Positions 38,336-52,045 of a stretch of DNA of 64,000 nt are shown here, one piece after another. Below the pieces are notes generated by a model. The model saw only the letters and a program-made list of their open reading frames with translations. It searched no databases and had not been told where the DNA came from. A program made the translations under genes and the position numbers. Source of the stretch: the human T2T-CHM13v2.0 reference genome, Homo sapiens. Position 1 is the stretch's first letter. Each line of letters begins with the position of its first letter. Where the stretch lies: assembly GCF_009914755.1 (NCBI RefSeq), contig NC_060925.1; one strand, written 5' to 3'.

Positions 38336-41300
38336 CTTGATATCACACGCAGGCTTTCCAAATCCCCTGCAAACTTGGCTCATGGCGTGTTTAGTCCTGT
38401 ATTCTGTCTCTATTAATGGAGCAATGGGCTATATTCTGGGGACAACTGATTTTGACTTAAAGATATTAGGAATGAGACACCGAAATATTTTATGCTTCCC
38501 ATGAATCTCCTGTGCAGCAATTTATTATTTAGTTTCTTCTGAAATTGCTATTTTTTTTTGAAATTTTCTAGTCAACAATGAGTTACAGAAATTATTTCTC
38601 ACTTTGAAAAGTTGAAATTTCTTGATATAGTGCTAAAATAAACTCAAGATTTTAAAAGTGCACCCTTCTTTTAGTAGGCCAAGGTCTTCTTAATAATACC
38701 ATATATTCTATATATCATTTTATGATTTTATTACCTTCAGTTATCTCCCCAGTTTTCTTAATTCTTTTATGTATTCTCATGTAGCCAGATCTCTTCACCA
38801 ATTTTATTACTTCTTTTTTTTTCTATTCCTAATTCTGGAATTTGGCACACATTACATATGTTGTATTTAGGCCATAAAAAAAAATGCTATAGTGAGACTT
38901 CTGAATATGTGAAGCACAACCTTAGCTCACTGTAGATCTATATCTTTGTAACTTCTACACGAGTATTAAATTGTATTGCAGTCCTATAATCATTGCAAAA
39001 CATTTGCTTATTAAAAATATGTACTGGATACTACTTTATGGTAATACTAAGTATTATCTCAATGTCACATCAAAATTCATCCATTCAACAAATGTTTAAT
39101 GAATGTCTTGTAGATGTGTTAATTCTGAAAAGCGATTTCACAGGAAAGAAGGCTTAGAAGAAATTACCAGAGGACACAGATTTCCAATTTTAAACTGATT
39201 TATTCATCAGAAAATGTTACTAAGTGACACTTACTTATTCATACACACAGTCCTCCTCTCGCGTAGATACTTCAAAATTACCATAATTAATTCAGAGACC
39301 CAACTCTGGTCCTCTTAAAGTAAAGTGACTATTTCAGTGGAAGCTATAATGGAATATCCCTAAGAAATCCATTGTCATCCTTAAAAAAATACAAATCCTC
39401 TTGGCTTACTCAATGTCTTTGTGATAATCCTTTTTATCAATCAGTAACCTTCTGGACCAGGATTTGTTTGTTTAGTTTCTATGAAGCAGTGATGCTTTTA
39501 TCTAGAATCTTTCAGCACCAGTTTTTGATCTTCATGGAATCATGGGGTTTTCTCTCAATTTGTTAGAAGTACTAGACATGACAAGTACTATGATTTGTTC
39601 CTTCTTTAGCCAGATATGTACTCTAGTGACAATGCCAGATTCTTGGATACTGCTTTTGTAACCATTCCTTTCTTTCACCATAATCTCTGACTGATACATT
39701 AGGGTGGGCTCTGTGGTTAGCTATTAATATTAACATTCATTCATTTAGTCATTCATAACATTCTTTTGGTCATTCACTCTTTGTTAGGTAAGTACAAGAG
39801 TGGCAAAGATAATCCTGGCACCCTCCATTTCAAAATAACATGTTTCTTGTTATATAACATTTCTTGTTAATAACAAAATAACATATTAGTGATACTTGGT
39901 AGCATATCAACTAATCATATGGTCTGTGGTTGAACTTAAACAGTCTGTGTTCTCTTGATCACAGTGTCTTGAGTTTCTTTTTGAGTCTTTCATAATGTTT
40001 TCATGAAGATTCCCATCAGGCTGCAGGGGAACATTAGGGGAACATGTGTCCAGGGGAAAGGATTAACCAAATCATTCTCCCTTCTTGGCCAACCCTTTGG
40101 AGATTTTCATTGTTGTTGTTTCACCGTCCTTTTAATACTCTTTCATGAGGAACACTTCAAAGCCTTTTTAAAATGAAAATAATTAGGGTCACTGGTTGCC
40201 CTTTGATCATATAGTTCTCTCATTTTCACATAACTGCTTTATGTAAAAGAGGGCTTGATTTTCTATTTGAAAAATCAATTTCCTCCCTGAGCCCCTCCTA
40301 TTACTCTCCATAGTGACTTTTTATTCATTCATTCAACAAATATTTACCAAATGCTTATTGTGTGTTAGCACTGCATAGATAAAAAACTCAGTAAGTATAT
40401 TTTTCTTAGGAAAGCTATGACTCAGTTCTTTTCTCTGACCAGCATTATTTTTGTTATTGATATCCCTCCCTTGAATTGTGTTTGCTTCTTATACTGAACA
40501 TTTACTGTGTTTGTTTCTGTTTGCCCTAGCATTCTAAGCAACACAACGCAATTTTGGGTACTGTAAATTTTTTCAATTTTTTTAAAAATTAAAACTGAAG
40601 GAAATAATTCAAATATTCTTCAAGCCATATCTATATTATCCTCAAAAACTTGTACCTTTATTTTTTTAACATTATCCTCTGAATGTATAGTATTAAACTA
40701 TTCCCTAATTCTCACAGATAATGATGGAGTAAACTTTACTTCTTGGGCAACAATCACTTTTAGGCATGGAGACCAGGGAACTTTGCCTTCCTTTTGTGTA
40801 TTTGTTCCCAGAATCATCTTCCTAAAGTCCCTGAATTTGTCTCCTGACCACATTTTAAATTGTCCTCAATCTTCCAATCTGAATCTCGCCCTACTCTTGT
40901 GCCAACTTGTTAAATAGCCCTTCAGTTCTCACTTGTAATCCTCATATAATTTTCCCTCATTGTGTTACAAGGATTTCTTCTTCATTTCCCTTTTGTCTTA
41001 TGAATTCCTGTGTTTGGGGAGTGGGTGGTCACTTCTGTGACAAAGGAGAGAAAAGATTGCCAAAGATGTTATCTCTTGTGCCCTTTTTATTTCCTTTGCT
41101 CCACACTCTCCATTCTGTATTCTTGATCACATATTGTAGATGATTAGGTTGGGAGGAGAAAGAAAATCAGGTGCATATTTCACATGTCAATTTGCCTAGA
41201 ACGTATCAAACCTCTTAACTGGTCTTCCAGGCTGTAATTTCTACCCTAGGCAGGCAATTCAGCAGACAGATAACATGTAACCTGTTAAAATGCAATTGTA

Positions 41301-41509
41301 GTTATTCACACACAGATATTTCTTCAGGCACATTAAATAATGCCTGTTCCCATTTCCTTAACATTCCCTTTATTTACAACTATCCTGATATTCAGTTCAT
41401 TCTTTAAGGAAGAACTCAAATGCTACTTACTCCATGAAATGATCCTTCACATTTGTAAGAGAATTAATTCCTCTCTCCTCTGTTCTATAGTTTTACTGGA
41501 TTATTCTGT

Positions 41510-43760
41510 TATAATTATATAATGTTCCTCTTTATCCCTAATAGTTCTTTTGGCTTTAAATTTTATTTTGTCTTATATTAATATTGCTATAGCTTTATTT
41601 TTTGTTTTATATTTTCTTTAGTATTTTACTAGAAGAGTTTTTAAAAAACCTTTTTATTGTTTTGCCTTTCCATGTAATTTTGCTTTAGACATGTCTCATA
41701 ACTGGACTTCAAAAAAAATCCAATCTGATAGAATTTAATCCATTTATATTTATTGTTATTCTTGGCTGACTTGTACTTTTTCCTATTTTCAAATCTCAGT
41801 TTCAACCTTTACTAACTTTGTGATTTGGACTATTTGTTTAACTTATATATATATCTTACTTTTGTCATCTGGAAAATGTTGGTTATAATAGTATCTACCT
41901 AATTGTAAAGAATCAGTCAGTTAATGTACGTAAAATACTTTAAATGGTGCATAGCATTTAGCTATGTGATAGCACTGTGTAATAGCACAGTGAATGCTAT
42001 TACTACCACCACTGCCAGTACTACTACTACTATTTTACCTTGTTTTCTAAGACCTTATTTATTTTATTTCTTTGTTTGCTTTTTATAATTTCCTGACTCA
42101 CTGTAGAAAAACTTTTCTACTCTTTTTTCCCTTTCTACTGGATTGAAACTATAAATTTTAGTCCATTGTTTTATTGGTTACAATTATTTTTGTTTATTTT
42201 TAAATTTACTTACAGTAGCATTCATCCATTTGGTGTACAATTCTATGAGTTGCAATGCATGCACAGATTCTTGTAACTATCACCACAATCAGAATTCTAA
42301 ACAATTCCAAATGCACTATTTTCTCCTGCTGACCTCCGTAGTCAGACCTCCTACTACCCCTAAAATCTGGCAATCACTGATCTGTTTTCTGTCTCAAAAG
42401 TTTTCCCTTTTTCATCTAAATGTAATCATAGAGTATGTAATATTTTGAGATTGTGTTCTTTTACCTAGAAAAATGTCTTTGAGATGAATCTATATGGAGA
42501 TCTATTACATTTTAATGATAAAAATTTTTACCAAAATTTAAAATTATTTAATATATCCACACTTTTTAAATGAAAAGATCTTAGCTATATGTACACACAC
42601 TGACCCTCCATTCTTCTGTTTTTCTTCTTATTGTTGTCTAGAATTTTAATTCTACTTTTAAAAACATAATGTTTCTTTGTTTTTCAGGTAATTGAATGTA
42701 GCAAGAATGTTCTTTAATTCTTTCAGTCACTCATTTTTTTTTCATCTTTTGACCCCTTTGTATTTACTATTTTTCTTACTGATGCACATTCCTTAATAGT
42801 TTTTTCATCAAGGGTCTGTGAGTAGTAATTTCTCTTACTCTTTGTCTGAAAATGTCTTTTTTTTTGCTGTTTCTTCAGTGTCAAATGATAGTATACCTTG
42901 AGATAGAATTCCAGATTGACAGTTTTCTTTCCATTTTCAGAAGATATTTTCTATTGTTTCCTAGTCATATTGCTACTAATGAAAATTTATTGCCAATTTT
43001 GTCAATTTTATTTTTTGTAGATAAGCAGTTATTCTTTCTGGGAAGTTTATATATATGAATATATAGTTATATGTATAGTTATTCTTATAGAGTTATTCAT
43101 ATATATAGTTACTGTGTGTGTGTGTGTGTATATATATACACATATATATAGCTATTCTTCATTCAGTTTCACTAAATTCTACTGAAGTATTGTTTTATGT
43201 TTGGTTTTTCAACTTGACCTTTGTTTTATACTTTTAATCTAAGAATATCTATTTTTATTCAGACTTGGAATTTTTTATCTATTCCCTTTACTCTATACTT
43301 TGAATTTTTTTAAGTATACTTGAGAGTCTTAACTGGCATTTTATGTCTCTTAATTGCTTTTTTATGTATTTTAAAATATCTTTATCTTTTTGCATTGCAT
43401 TTTAGGTGAATTTATCAATACTACATTTCAGTTCACTAATTCTTATCATTGACTCTTACTAGTTTAAAGTTTATTCCACTAACTTTATTTTAAAAAATTA
43501 AACCTTTATTTGTAATATTCAAGATTTCTAATCTACTTACTCTTCTTAGCTATTTGTATTTCATAGTATATGGTTCTATTTTTTTTCCATATTATTGCTT
43601 CTCTATCTTTTTGAAAATCCTTAAGGTTTTTATACTGAAGTTGTTACCAAGATGTTTCTGTTTTGTTTTGTTTTGTTTTTCCCCCTCTGGAATACATTTA
43701 TTTCCCACTTGTTGATTTCTTTGATTACAACTTTTAGCATTAAATTTTCTTTACTGTTTT
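41510..43760 (-). mobile_element. Old L1M/HAL1-like fragments, with MIR at ~41790-42000 and L1ME 3' piece at ~42190-42500
   Basis: 'ttttgtcttatattaatattgcta', 'atccaatctgat...tttaatccatttatattt', 'gggtctgtgagtagtaatttctctt...tttgtctgaaaatgtcttt', 'atagaattccagattgacagttt'. Confidence 0.55.
43048..43160. repeat. Compound (TA)n/(TG)n microsatellite built around a TATAGTTAT unit
   Basis: Read directly from the sequence. Confidence 0.8.
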
Positions 43761-43774
43761 GGAGTTTTGGTTTG

Positions 43775-44288
43775 ATATAGCAGATTAGTTGATGCTATTT
43801 CCGTTGAGTCACGACTGTGAATCCCTGTCTCTTCTTTAATTTGATGGAATTTCTAACTATTTTTTAACAACAGACAATGGTGGAACTGACACTGCATCAG
43901 TTTCTGGATACTTCTTATCTCTTGTATCAGTCACTTTAGAGCCTTAAACTGAGACTTGAGAAGTTTCACTACCATGTGAATGACCACATGGAAAGACCCT
44001 GAGACTTCACAGAGAGGGAGTGGGGCCTAGCTGATCCCAACCTTCCAGCCATCTCTGCCAGGGAACCAGGCATGTGAGTGAATCTGTCTCTGACCCTTCA
44101 TATCACCCCAGCCACCATCTGAATACAATCAAGGATAATAATTGATACCAGGTGAAGCAGAAGAATCACTCAGCTGAAACCTGTTGAAATTCCTGATCCA
44201 CAAAATTATAAGATAGAATGAAATGGTAATTGTTTTAAGCCATTAAAGTTTTAGGGTGTTTTGTTACTTAGCAACAGACAACAGAAAT
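43775..44288 (+). mobile_element. MLT1 (MLT1H-like) LTR
   Basis: 'ccacatggaaagaccctgagact', 'ccaggcatgtgagtgaa', 'gcagaagaatcactcagctga...aattcctgatccaca...tgttttaagcca...ttgttacttagcaacagacaacagaa'. Confidence 0.8.
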
Positions 44289-44599
44289 GGGGTTTTATCT
44301 TGAATCTGACTGTTTCCCTGCCTCCTACCCGCACCCCTGCAATCTCTGTACATACCCTTCTTGACTACTGGTTTTGGGATGCTTCACTAAATTTCCCCAT
44401 TCCTCAGTCCAGAACTAAGGCTTAGAGCTCCTATTGAGAGCAGGTGATACGGGAGTTACTGCAGATTGGAGTCACTGAGCCAAAAGCATCTTGGTCCAGT
44501 TCCTCACTTACATGAAGCACCTCCACTATCATCCCTTCCCTCTGCCAGAGCCTCAGGAAATCTTTAGAGTGAGAACCTGGAAGTAAAGCACATGAAAAT

Positions 44600-44990
44600 G
44601 TGGAGCTCCACTAGGACTTTGACCCCAGAAGTGTCTCACTCTCATTTAATTCACACTCAACCTCCAAAAATTCACACTCAACCTCCAAATTCAAGCTACT
44701 TCGAAGTTTCAACCTCCAAAAATTCAATAATCCATTTTAAATGTTTCTATGAGTCTATGGCTTCAGAGTTTATAGCTTCAGAGACTTCTGCTCCAGGTAT
44801 GTAGATCTAGGCTGTGTCTCTTGGATATGCCTGTCTCCCCAAATTTCAGGGTGATGGTTTGCTATACAGCCTCAGTTCTCTGATGGGTCCAAGAAAAGTC
44901 AGTGATTTTCAGCTTATCCAGCGTTTCCTTGTAAGGATGACAGTGATGACTTCCAAGTACCTTGCCTGTCCGAGCTCAAGCCAGAAATTA
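44600..44990 (-). mobile_element. L1M 5'-end fragment (L1MC/MD-like) with a 21-bp tandem duplication
   Basis: 'cacactcaacctcca', 'ggtttgc...cctcagttctctgatgggtccaagaaaagtcagtgattttcag...gtaaggatgacagtgatgacttccaag'. Confidence 0.6.
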
Positions 44991-45149
44991 GTTATGGCTT
45001 TTTTATTTTAAATTTTCATAATTTTTATAAGTATATATTATTGTTAAAAGTTTGGACCAGGATGCAGAACCTCCAAGTGTGAAATCACAATTCCGCCTCT
45101 ACCACAAATCCTAAATATTTTCTTTACAATTCTTTTTCAGTGTATAAAG

Positions 45150-45960
45150 CAGACTTTTTTTTTAAAAAAACTACATAATCCGTCTAACATACACGCAGAA
45201 ATGTGCCCCATCCTAAGTATACAGAACAATGAATTTTCACAAACTGAAAGTCACCAGTACAACTGGCACCCAGGTAAAGAATCAGAACATTACCACACTC
45301 CCAGGAACACCTCTCATGCCCTCTTCAACTGCCCTTTCAACTTTACTAATTGCCCCCACTCCCAAAAGACAACTACTATTTTGACTTCTTATAGCATATG
45401 CTAGTTTGGCTTGTTTTTGAACTTATACGTGGAATTGTACAGTATGTGCTCTTTCGTATCTGACTTGTTGGGTTTAATGTTAGGTTTTAAAATTAATCTG
45501 CATTATTGTATATAGTTCATTCTCATTGCTCACTGTGACAATTTATCTGTCCATTCTAAAGTGTATGAAGATTTTCATAGTTTCCAGGGCTGCTGAAACT
45601 TTCTAGTACATATTTTTGATGAATATATATGTGTGTTTCTATTAGGTGTATACCTTGGAGAAGTCTAATTGCTGGGTCATAATGTATGCATACTTTCAGC
45701 TTTCGTGGACACTGAAAAAAAAGTAATTTTCTGCATGGCTGTCCCTGTCCTCCTTCACTCCCTCATTTCCCTATCCCATCAACACTACCCAGAATGTATG
45801 AAATTTCTAGCTGCCCCATATCCTCATGAACATTTGATATTTTGCGTCTTTTTCTCTTTTGCTGTTTCTAAAGTGTATAGTGGTGTTTCACTGTGGTTTT
45901 AATTTTATTTTCCCTATGGGTAATAATGTTGAGCATCTTTTTATGTTTACTGGCCCTTTG
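45150..45960 (-). mobile_element. L1ME-like 3' end
   Basis: 'atgaattttcacaaactgaa', 'aactactattttgacttct', 'ggaattgtacagtatgtgctcttt', 'attgctgggtcata', 'gtggttttaattttatttccc...aatgttgagcatcttttt'. Confidence 0.8.
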
Positions 45961-46434
45961 AGCATGCCATCCATTATGATGGACTTTTAGTCAAGTCTAT
46001 CTTTCTAGCTAGACTGGGAGGTCTTTCTAGGCAGGGTTCTTATCATTACCTTTGCATCTCTCAAAATCTGCCATGATGTTCTTCTCATGTGCCTTTCACC
46101 CAGTGTTACGGAGATGTCTGCTTAACTGAATGAACATATAAAACATATAGGGTCCACTTTTATATCCCAAGCTGCACTTAGGAGCCACCACAAGGATTAT
46201 TCCTGAAAAATCAAATATGTAAGTTTTAGATTTTACAAATTTAAAAGATCTTAAGTAAATATTTATTCAGTGCCTAGTATATATTGGGTTTTGTGTGAAG
46301 CTGTGTTGGTGGAGGGCTTATGAGTGAATCAGAGACAATTCTTTTACTCATGGAGCATTTAGACCATGGGCCGGCCTAGATTAAGTGCTGGTTTTGAACG
46401 AGCCCGCCTTTAATATAAGACCTCGATGTATATT

Positions 46435-46448
46435 CCGCCATCTCGCTG
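46435..46448 (-). promoter_or_regulatory. CTCF-like motif (reverse) in a CpG-retaining patch
   Basis: Minus strand CAGCGAGATGGCGG; six CpGs within 46372-46445 against a CpG-poor background. Confidence 0.55.
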
Positions 46449-47682
46449 GTGCAATTGGATGGGAAGAAGCTGATGTATAGTACTTTAAGCATATGAACAT
46501 GGAAGCTACTTTGAAATTTCATCTTGTGAGATTTCTGCCCAGTAATTTTCTAAAAGGAAAAAAAATTAAGATTTTTCACTGATACTTTTTTCAAAAGTGG
46601 TGTGAAGTGTGTTTCGGAGATGAAAACATCCAATTACTTGGTTCCTAATTTCTCAGCTATCCTAGACAGTCTCAAGTGTCACTGTGGGTTTTATTAAAGA
46701 AATTCTCTTCCCAGTCCGACACAGCTTTGTTATCCTCTATAATAGCAGAGCTGTGACCTCCACCCTGAGGAAACACTCTTCCTGGCACTAACTATGACAC
46801 CTAGAGATTTCATTTTGCCTCAAACACTTTCCTATTTTCCTCCCATAACTGTGAAAAACTCCTCTGTGGAATCAGGTACTTTATGCAGTAGGTACACACA
46901 CTGAAAAAATGACTTTCAGACTGTGGACAGCCACCTCCCAAAGGAAAAATACTGTAGCTGTGAAGGTGATGGCACAAAGCCAGTTTCTCCATGGTGCTTA
47001 GTGAGAGATCCCATTGTGTACTTATTTGCTTTTTTAAAGGTATCTTCATTCTGCTTTTCTCTTCTAATCAACTTCTGCTACAGAAAGTAAAGAGAAAAAT
47101 GAACGCTTCCATGGAGAAACTACATTATGTTTAGTACCTAAGGTATAAAGGGTGGCTGTTGTTTTCTTGTTTTCATCATATTCAAAATGATTCAAAACTT
47201 TTCACCTATTGAAGATGAGGTGACATATGTATCTCAACAGTTATGATGATTCACGTGCCCATTTCTTCACTCTGTGCTCTGTGAAGTGATAAGAGATACT
47301 TTCGTAGCTCATGTTTCATGGAACTTGTGCCTGTAAACTATTTTAGGATTTCTGGCCTAATGCACTTTCCCTCAATGATAGTTAAAATTCCGTGGGAAGG
47401 TTTCCACATGCCATGGACTTAAACATGTCCTAGCAGCCACAGCATGGCAGCTGAACTTTCTTCTCCTTCCACCCTGTCTCTGGTTCCAGTGACTCGCTAC
47501 CAGGGACTCGTACTCACAGAAGAATGTTTTCTACAGGGAACCATTGTCCCTGTCCCCCTCCTCTTCATCATGATCGTGGAAACAGAGCTGATGCTGAAGT
47601 GCTCAAGGCGTCGAAGGCATGTGTGTTCCCTTGAGACACCAGCACATTAAGTTCATATCTGATTCATGCAGAAATGGAGGGA

Positions 47683-48003
<321 letters not shown>

Positions 48004-48819
48004 AGAAATGGAGGGAATACTTCTTTGCTTGCTTCTCTGTTAATCTTTTTCTTTATCAAATATGTCCCCAAGCAACACACCTACGCCCCATGTCTCACTG
48101 AGTTTCTAATGAAGGAACTCTTTCGTTTTCCATCTGTTGTCCTTGTCCCCAGAGGCCTGGCAGGGAGAAATATGCAAGTGACCAGCACCACACTGCACTT
48201 AGAATCATCTCCCACTTCCAGTGACCAAGGCATTGTCCTTGGGTTAGGCATGTATCCCCTACTCTCCCTTCCCTTAGCTGGAGTCCCTCCCAGAGGGTGC
48301 CTCAGTTTCTCAGGAGAGTGGTCTTTTGTGGGGGCTTACCTTCCAGTTCAGCTGACTGAAATGTCTACCTTCAACCACGCTCACAGCTTCCATATGCCTT
48401 TTTTCTGGGACTTCACCACCACTACTGCCCTCAAAGCCCTGACCACATGCCACAGTATTTATTTGTGAGATTTCTTGTCTCGTTGGTAAATACAGCTAGT
48501 TAGAAAACATCCTTAGTTATCCATTATCCAAACAAATACAGCTCAAGTTTTGTATTTTGTGTTCATGAGCTTCTTTATGTGGTTTCTGAGATTCCAGATT
48601 CCTTTGATACTTTTTCAAACCTTCTGCTTGCCTTTTTTTTCTGAGCTGCATTTTCTATTTCCTTACCTCGTTTAACTGCAAATACCCCATAGCATTTGAG
48701 TCCTTGCTTTTCTACTCTGTCCTGACCTCATCTGAAACCTCCTTACCTATTGCTTTGATTACCACAATGTGGTAATTACACTATGTGGATCTCTTTTGAT
48801 CAGTCACAGATTTGACTTT

Positions 48820-50060
48820 TTTTGGTCTATTCAAGTAATGTTTTTCCAGACACCACTATGTGCCAAGAGCTGTAGTCATGATGAAGATGCCTCAAAATAT
48901 ACTCTTAAGGAAGGCAGAAAAGGAAACAGATGATGAGATAGTGGCGACTTAAGACAGTCGTATGAAAAAGGGGTGAAAGGAGCACCTATGGGAGATGACA
49001 GCCTTAACAGGTAAGGTAAGAGAAGTCTTCTTGCATTGGCTACTGCTTATCCTTGGCTCAGCTCTCAGTTATTCATCACCTTCTCTCAGTAATCAGTCCC
49101 TGACATGTGACCTTGATTGAGACAATAATTGCGCCTCATCCTCCCTCCCACATTAATAGGTCCAGGGATAGACATATGACCTTAGTTGGGCCAATTGAAG
49201 GTATTCCCCTAGAATTTTCCTAAGAATTCTCTATCCTCTTTCATATAGTGGCAGTTGCCTGCAACTGTGTTTGCAAAAAGCCTGTTTGTACAAGGAAGAA
49301 GTTAAGTTATTATATTGTGGGAGTAGGGAAGGGAGGCAGGATCCACAAAGAGACCTGGCAACAGGTGTCCCTAGATCAGGCCATGCCTGAAGTCAGGTCC
49401 ATCACCGTTCTTTCTGTCAATACAGACTTCTTTAATTTTTTTTTTCTGTTTAAGTTGCTCCAGGTTTTGTTTAAATTGGATGGTTCAGGATTTCGGTTCA
49501 GGATTGCAACTAAAAGAGATGCAATTTAAATGTTCTCTAAAGGAGGTGATGCCAGAGTTGAGTGCTGAAGAAGGAGAGGAGCATCACAGAAAGGGGATGC
49601 ACTTTGAGCAAAGGCTGCAATGAGATGGAAACGTGAACAGTGAGGACATTAACGGAGGGGGAGAGGACACTGCTCAAGGATATTGGAGAATCATTTCCAC
49701 TGGAGACCAAGCAGAGGAGTTTGGGGTTTTACCCTGAACACAATAATAAAATAATGAATTTTAGGAAGATAGCTTTGGTACCCCAAACTTTTTTACTCAA
49801 GTTCATTTGGAGAATGACTTGGAATGGAACAAAAACAAAGCAAGGAGAAAATTTAAACAACTCCTCTGTTACTCCAGTCAACAATGATAAAGACTTGAAT
49901 TAAGGCAGTGGTCCGGAGAACAGAGTAAAATGGTGGCTTTAAAGGAGAATAAAGAGATGAAACTGCCAGGGCAGACCTTGGGCCACTCGAGGATGAAGGA
50001 GCCGTTCCACTGAGATGGGGGACATCAGAGGCAGAGAAGGTCTGGAGGGAAGTTGAGGCA
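48820..50060 (-). mobile_element. L2 fragments interrupted by an MLT1 LTR
   Basis: 'cactatgtgccaag', 'ggaggtgatgccagagttgag', 'gagtttggggttttaccctga', 'ttgaattaaggcagtgg', 'gccgttccactgagatgggg'. Confidence 0.55.
49030..49530 (+). mobile_element. MLT1K/L-like LTR
   Basis: 'ggtccagggatagacatatgaccttagttgggccaat', 'ccctagatcaggccatgcctgaagtcag', 'ttgcaactaaaagag'. Confidence 0.6.
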
Positions 50061-50269
50061 TTTGCCCATTGTGCCTGGCAGCTCAGGCTATCCTCAAGCT
50101 ATCCAAGTCACCGCCAGATGAATTTTAATAAAATACTCTTTTCAATGTATTTCTTCATCTGTGAAAAGATTGTTGAGGGAGGATAAGTTTAGATTAGTTG
50201 ATCTTTAAGATTACTTCAGGTGATTAAAAAAATTGATTATGTGTCACTGGCCAAGGAATCTACACAAAG

Positions 50270-50900
50270 ATTCAAATTCTAATCTCTCACCCTAGATTCT
50301 AAACCTTCCATTTTCATTTGGCCTCCCTGTGCCTCTTTAATCTTATTTACAGATGCTTTCCATGCCACACTCTCTGCTCTAGACAGAGCAGTTCCTTCCA
50401 TGTTCCTGCAGATGCCGAGTTTATAAGACGCTCCTGTACAGAATCCTGTTTTCCATTTCTTTCTTAGCAATTGTCTTAGCTTGGCTAGTTCTCCATTCTA
50501 TTGAGATGCCTTCCTTCTCCATACTCTGCTCTGTCCTGGGGCCCTTATATGTCGTCTCTGAACGTGCACTGTACTCAACTCCTATGTAATACAATCAGTC
50601 ATACATATTCTCTGTAATTTAGAACTCTAATTATTTCATATGTGTTGGTTTGCTTTCTAAACCTAGTGCTTCTTAAGGGTCTTTGGTGTCTGGAACAGTG
50701 TTGGGTGAATTGTAGAAGCATCATATAAGTCAGTTATACATGTTCTTCACGTCTCCTGGAATCTTTCTCCACCTCTACTTTTTCACAAAATTCCATTCAT
50801 ACATCCTATAAGATGCAGTTCAAAGTTTGTCTCATCTGTGAAGCTAAGCCCCAGACTGAAATGAATTATTTACTCTTATCTTCATACATATGTAATATAT
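50270..50900 (+). mobile_element. L2 fragments
   Basis: 'ccttccattttcatttggcc', 'ccacactctctgctctag', 'gttccttccatgttcctg', 'cctggaatctttctcc...atcctataagatgcagttcaaa'. Confidence 0.5.
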
Positions 50901-51834
50901 AATATATATTTGAATATTTGTGCATATTTCAGTCATAATATTTTTCAAATAATATAGAGAAGCATTTCCAATAATACCTATAAGAGGCAGATTTATTTTA
51001 ATATCCCTAAGCCACCACACCTAGTACAATGATTACTTGACCCTTTGAAATATTTTTGCAGGGAAGAGGATTTCATATTTGTATCCATGAAGTCCCATTA
51101 GCACATTGCAGCATGAGGACAAGGTTGAGCTCATCCAGGGAATAAGCCCATCAGCTGACAGAAAGCAGGTGATGAGATCTCTCACCAGATTAAAAAGGGA
51201 AGGGCAGCAACTCATTAGGAAACACAGAGATGTCTGCTTAATTACTTGAAAAATGTCTGAGCCAGTACATTTTATGACACCTGGAGGGTATAAACATGCC
51301 CATAAATTTAATTAATTTTCTTTGTTCTTTCATTGCACCTGTATGGCATAAAGGAAAGGAAGTCTAATGAAAGTACAATCAAGCACTTCTGCCAGACTTC
51401 CACAGTTCATTTGGGCAATATTCAGAAAATGAAATACTGAATTTCTTATCAGTTTATGGGGAGAAATGTATTTGGAAAAATGCAGCCCAGCGGTGAAGTT
51501 ATTCACATGTCAAACTCTGATCAATGGCTTCTTCAGCTTTATTTCCAAAAAGAGCTTAAATCTCTTTATAGATGTATTAAAACATTTAATACTCATAAAT
51601 CTCTAAGGAGAAAATCAGAACTAGATATTTTTTTCTTGGGGGAAAGCATTATATGAGAACTAGAAGGTGTAGGGGAGTTGGTCAGAACTATAGAGCAAGT
51701 AGCCCCATTTGCTCTCTGTTGTAGTAGCATCGCCCACACTTTTGTTAAAAATCTTTAAATCTATGATATTGCTATTTTTATCAAATGAAAATGTAATAGT
51801 AATGAGTATGCTTGAATATCCATTGCAATATTAC

Positions 51835-52045
51835 ATCATTTAATGAGTGCTCACTCTTTGCCAGAGACTGTACCAGTACTTTACATATCTGATCTTGAAT
51901 CCTCATAACAGCACTGCAGATAGTAATAACCCATTTGAAATGACTCCCGGAAAGATTACAGGTCTTATCCAAGGCAACATAGCTAGTAAGTTTTGAAAGT
52001 AGGACTCAAATCCAGGTCCTTTTGGCTCCAAAATCTGTGCCCATT
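51835..52045 (-). mobile_element. MIR
   Basis: 'catttaatgagtgctcactc...tgaatcctcataaca...ccaaggcaacatagctagtaag...ggactcaaatccaggtc'. Confidence 0.75.
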
